From: an uncultured Acidobacteriota bacterium | GTDB taxonomy: Bacteria > Acidobacteriota > Blastocatellia > RBC074 | Length of the DNA stretch: 64,000 nucleotides | Direction of reading: 5' to 3' | Assembly: GCA_963796275.1 (NCBI GenBank) | Contig: CAWCKY010000003.1 | Coordinates: 416,001-480,000 of the forward strand | Part shown: positions 60,000-64,000 of the stretch, one piece after another | Layout: the number at the start of each line of letters is the position of its first letter | Position numbering within the stretch: the first letter of the stretch is position 1 | Notes under the pieces: model-generated | Databases searched by the model: none | Seen by the model: only the letters and a program-made list of their open reading frames with translations | Told to the model about the DNA's origin: nothing | Made by a program: the position numbers and the translations under genes

Positions 60000-62428
60000 T
60001 CAGCGGCGGGCCGCGATACGAACTTGATTTCGCTCATTCGATCCACGAATCATATCGAATAATTTGACCATTAGATCGAACCTGCGCGACGACGCAGGCC
60101 TTTGACGGTTATCTAATATCGCCATCTTTTCAACATGGCAACCGGCACATCTTGACGTGGGGGCCAGGCGGTCCGCATCCGGATTGGCATCGTAATAACG
60201 TTTATGACACTCGATGCAACCGGCAAGTGCGGCGGGGCCGTTGCCCGTGTTGTTCGGATTGCCATGATACCCCATCTCCACATCGATCTCTTCGCCCTCT
60301 GCATTCTTGGGATTTTCCGGATTGCCTTTCTCCATGATGGCAAAAAACGCAGTTGGGGACGTTCCCTGACGCCATATCTGCCTTCGTATCGTTATTCGAG
60401 TGATGGCAATCCTCGCAACTCTTGGAGTATTTAGGCTGGGTATGGTTCTGGTGATCGAAATTTTCGACCACCCCCCATTTTTCATCCAGTCCCCAATGAG
60501 GATTATCTTTCGAATCGCCCAAACGCGGCAACTTCGGCTCCATCTGCGCCATACCCTTGCTCGGGAATACCTTATAAACGATCCCGCGCACTGTCACCGT
60601 TCCACCTCCGCCAGTGGGAGCGGGAGCAGGCGCCGCTGACGGTAGGGGCGGGAGCAGGCGTCGGGGCCGGCTCCGGTTTTGGCGGCTCCGGCGGCGGGTC
60701 AGCCTTCGCTACCGTCTCTGTCGGGGCAGGTGCAGGTGCCGGCGCGGGAGTGACTGCCGGCTCCGGTTGCTTGGTCTCCGGAGCGGGTGTCGGCTCCGGT
60801 TGCTTGGTCTCCGGAGCGGGTGTCGGCTCCGGCTGCTTGGTCTCCGGAGCGGGTGTCGGTTCCGGGTCGTCGGAGCCGGTGTAGGCGCAGGTGTGGTATC
60901 CGGTTGCTTGGTCGTCGGCACGGGTGTAGGCGCGGGAGCCGGCTCCGGCTGCTTGGCTTCCGGTTCCGGCTCGGGATTCTTGGGCACCGGCACAACCGCG
61001 ACTACCGTCGGTTCGGGCGTTGGAACGGGCGCCGGGTCCTCCTTTTTAGGTTCCGGTTCTGGTTTCGTTTCGACTGCCGGAGTGGGCGCGGGCGCCGGAT
61101 CCGGCTTCTTAGGCGCCGGCGTCATATTCATCGCAAGCGTCGGCCCCGGCGTCGGTTTGGGCCCCGGTTTCTTATAGAAATGGTTGGCCGGCGGCAGCTC
61201 GACCACCCCTCTTGATTCGAATAACCTGATGGTCTGCAGCGAGTGGCAATAATTGCACTTCGCCGACTCGATCGTCACCGCGCCTCCGATCTTCTTCTCC
61301 ATCTCCTTCTGGTGACAAATGGCGCAGTTCTGAGCGGACGGCTGATTCTCCTTCGATTTGCGATCTTCAAGATAGAAATCCGAGAGCGTGACCGCCGTTT
61401 TACCCGTCACGTGACAGGCTATGCAGTAATTGTCCAGATTCTTGAAGGTCGGTTCCTCGTAGATGAGGTTTTTATCGTGCGTTTTATGACTATACGGCAG
61501 CGGCGCTTTCTCTCCCGGTTTAACCGGATCCAACTCATTGTTGGAGATCAGACGCGAAAACCAGAGAGGGGCAAATTCCGAGCCCTTCACCGGGCGCCCC
61601 AGTTTATTCAGGGGCATCCCCGTCGGCCGGTGGCAACCGGAACAGTTCGTCGCAAATGTATTCTTCAGGATCTGGTTTGTCTTTCTTCGGTGGTGGAACG
61701 ATCTTGGGATCGAAGTGACATATCCAGCATTCGGGATGAGAGGGAGCGCTCATCTTGACGCCGGGTTTAAATTCGATATTACCCACCGTTATCGGCGCCG
61801 GAGTCATTACGTGACAGGACATACACTCGAACTTACTTTTATCCAGACCCCTGTTCGCCTTCGCATCTTTCTTGGCGTCGTAAAACTTCATCTTGTCTTT
61901 CAAGGGCGTCGACGTGATGAATGAATCGTAATAACCCTCGTGCTCGCTGTGCGAGTAATAATCGTAGAACTGCGATATCCCACCGCCATCAGGATTGGTG
62001 AACCGGCGGAGGTTGGTCTTCATGTCCTGCTGATTGAAGGTGAGTGTGTCGTGGCAGATCGTGCACATCTTACGCTCAATCGCCGGACCCGTGAAGGCGT
62101 GACACTCAACGCATGCGGAATGGACTATTTCGGACTCCGATCCGTTCTTGTGGCTGGGATAGCCGATCGTTCCGATGTCGTGCCGGTCTTTCCCGAGTTT
62201 GTCCTTGACCGCGTCGCCGTGGCAATAAGCGCAGTCGAGATTATAGTTTTGATTTCTGATGATAAGGCTTTTGACCACACCCTCGTGCGATGAATGCTTG
62301 AACTTCGAATAGTCTACCTTGATAGCGCCGCGCTTCTTCTGCGCTACTACCTGGTTGACGAGCTCAGTACCACGCCAGAGAGCGAAAGCTAGAATAAGAA
62401 AAAAGAGTGTGATTATTCTTTTTGTCAT
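60000..62428 (-). CDS. Large 13-heme c-type cytochrome with Pro/Thr/Glu-rich linker, broken into several ORFs by four apparent frameshifts
   Basis: Reconstruction gives CAYCH, CVECH, CTICH, CMSCH, CWICH | CSGCH (off-track frame), CIACH, CAICH, CNYCH | PEPTPAPETKQ linker | CEDCHH, CVFCH | CIECH, CAGCH. Frame changes near 61667, 60865, 60645 and 60335. Confidence 0.82.
60758..60865 (-). repeat. 33 bp coding tandem repeat x3.3 (PEPTPAPETKQ)
   Basis: cggctccggttgcttggtctccggagcgggtgt starts at 60758, 60791 and 60824, with a partial copy at 60857. Confidence 0.9.
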
Positions 62429-62564
62429 CGGCTGAATGGGGTGATAAACGGTTGAATTTAAGAATTTGAATTCAACACAAGACCGCAAAGACGCAAAGAG
62501 AGGTTTCTGAAATATCCCTGTACTCTTTGCGTCTTCACGTCTTGCTTTAGGTTCTTAATCGTTC

Positions 62565-62616
62565 ACTTTATCTTACTTTATCTTACTTTATCTAATCTTT
62601 ATCTTACCTTTATCTT
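62565..62616. repeat. ~10 bp tandem repeat x5 (actttatctt)
   Basis: actttatctt actttatctt actttatcta atctttatctt acctttatctt. Confidence 0.85.
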
Positions 62617-62634
62617 TTTGTGGCTGACTCGAAG

Positions 62635-63999
62635 TCAGGGCAGATTCGGTTGTGGCGGGAATCTGAGATAGGGCAATCGTACTGTCGCCCCACCCGGAAA
62701 AGTAATAACCACATTGTCCGATGTTATATTCGATGGCGCTTCGAATCCGCTGCTACCGCCTCTGCTGGTAAGGTCGTCCTGATCAATACCATCGCCGCTG
62801 ATACCGATCGCGCCTACCATCTGGCCACCTTTGAAGAGAACGGAGCTGCCCGCGAAGATCTGGATTCCATTAGCCGTTGTCGGGACGGCAGTACAGGGAA
62901 CCGAAGGATTGCCACCCAGCGCGTCTATCAAGTCCTGCGTCACCAGAGAAAGTTGCAAGCCATTGTTGAACGGGCTGAAGACATTGATCGGCCTCGAGAA
63001 CGGCCCCGGAGGAGCAGCGTCGATTCCGTCCGGGACGAATGGACGGGCCAGGAACCCCATTCCGCGTGAACTGAACATAATCGAACCATTGAGCGGGACA
63101 CCAAGCGCTAGTGCCGCATTGACGAATGGTGCGATGGGAATACCGGGGGTATCAGCCCCGAGCAATTGTTGTACCGCATTTGGGCTGCTGAACAAGACTG
63201 CTGTCCGCGCTTTCTGAGTGCTCACGTCGTCGCCGAACTCCGGCGCGTCAGAGGTCGCGGCTTTCCCGAGTATAGCGCCGTTATTATCGACAACCGTAAT
63301 ATTGATCTCAACGGCATCGACACCTACGCGGATGGCAGCGCGCATTCGACTGGCGGCCTGCGCGGCCTGCGCGAGCATGCGACTGACATCGCCCGCCGTC
63401 AATTGATTCGGCCCCGGCACGGTGCTGTTTATGGGCGGGAATCTGGGATCGAATTTCGCCGGCACGCCGCCGAGAATGATCGGTATATACCTTGAGGGCG
63501 GCGACGCGATCGGACCTATCAGGAACGTTCCATCCGCAGCGGTAACGGGCGGCGCCGGACTACCGCGCTGCGGAATGTTGGTGTATGGCAACAAGATTCC
63601 GTTAACTCTTACGTTATCGATGCGGAGAAATTGTGGCGTATCGAAACCTAATCCGGATGCGATCGCAACATCCTCCTCGAAAGGTTGATCGTTATCAGTA
63701 ACAACGGTATCGATGGTATAAAGCCCATTCGCTTCGAATGCGACACCACCCAGCGCCATACCATTCCTGAAAAGACCGACGCTTCCTGGATCACCCGAGA
63801 GACCTAACGGTAGAGTCCCACCGGCAGGCCTGGTATCCGAACACGGTAATTGTGAAAACTGGACGCCGAAGAGCGGCCCGCCTTCAAAATTAGGGATTCC
63901 GGGAGGAAAGTGCTCCTGGATGATCATACTGGCGGTTCTGGTGTTGATCGCGCTACCCGATGTGCTGAAGAAAGCGGCAGTGCCTGCTTTCGAGATCGC
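62635..63999 (-). CDS. GlcG/HbpS-like heme-binding protein with tandem domains, 5'-truncated by the window edge
   Basis: The frame stays open to the edge (AISKAGTAAFFSTSGSAINTRTASMIIQEHF). The second domain has INITVVDNNG, VSTQKARTA and VGAIGISGDGIDQDD. Confidence 0.78.
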   Translation of the reverse strand, partial: AISKAGTAAFFSTSGSAINTRTASMIIQEHFPPGIPNFEGGPLFGVQFSQLPCSDTRPAGGTLPLGLSGDPGSVGLFRNGMALGGVAFEANGLYTIDTVVTDNDQPFEEDVAIASGLGFDTPQFLRIDNVRVNGILLPYTNIPQRGSPAPPVTAADGTFLIGPIASPPSRYIPIILGGVPAKFDPRFPPINSTVPGPNQLTAGDVSRMLAQAAQAASRMRAAIRVGVDAVEINITVVDNNGAILGKAATSDAPEFGDDVSTQKARTAVLFSSPNAVQQLLGADTPGIPIAPFVNAALALGVPLNGSIMFSSRGMGFLARPFVPDGIDAAPPGPFSRPINVFSPFNNGLQLSLVTQDLIDALGGNPSVPCTAVPTTANGIQIFAGSSVLFKGGQMVGAIGISGDGIDQDDLTSRGGSSGFEAPSNITSDNVVITFPGGATVRLPYLRFPPQPNLP

Positions 64000-64000
64000 G

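Noticed and set aside
60758-60865. 33 bp repeats as a possible CRISPR array
   Set aside because: Contiguous with no spacers, length is a multiple of three, coding, and no cas genes are present.
60614-61215. Gly/Arg-rich repetitive plus-strand ORFs
   Set aside because: Reverse complement of the Pro-rich cytochrome linker.
60000-62428. Programmed frameshifting or true pseudogenisation of the large cytochrome
   Set aside because: No consistent slippery sites, all heme motifs are intact, and similar indels hit ispH; error is more parsimonious, though unproven.

Overview
This 64 kb bacterial window has a gene content that suggests Acidobacteriota, possibly Blastocatellia (inference from the Oar-type TonB receptor, carboxypeptidase/TPR proteins, BNR propeller and REP style). 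The left part (173-26.2 kb, minus strand) is a Wza/Wzc-type surface polysaccharide cluster: wecA, seven GT2/GT4 transferases, a GT87, a Wzy-like protein, asnB, a bi-domain oxidoreductase, a heparinase II/III-like protein and a secreted unknown. No flippase is visible in it. Divergent from it are a TPR-CBM gene, an O-antigen-ligase-family gene and murA. The middle holds a GT-C protein, a GMC oxidoreductase, a TonB-dependent receptor, and an ECF sigma / soluble zf-HC2 anti-sigma / membrane-protein triad. Housekeeping genes follow (ppk1, folE, rluB, ispH, rpsA, sppA, IHF/HU, prmC, prfA, DUF1385, rpmE). The right end carries the most unusual locus: a GlcG/HbpS-like heme-binding gene, a ~810 aa 13-heme cytochrome hidden by four frameshifts (three c7-like triheme modules, a ~190 aa Pro/Thr/Glu stalk, and a c3-like tetraheme), and a 9-heme c7-polymer cytochrome. 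At least seven apparent frameshifts lie right of 45 kb, including one in ispH; they are probably assembly errors. Intergenic DNA is rich in REP/REPIN-like inverted repeats and inverted 7-9-mer tandem arrays. All calls come from reading motifs by eye; no database searches were run.
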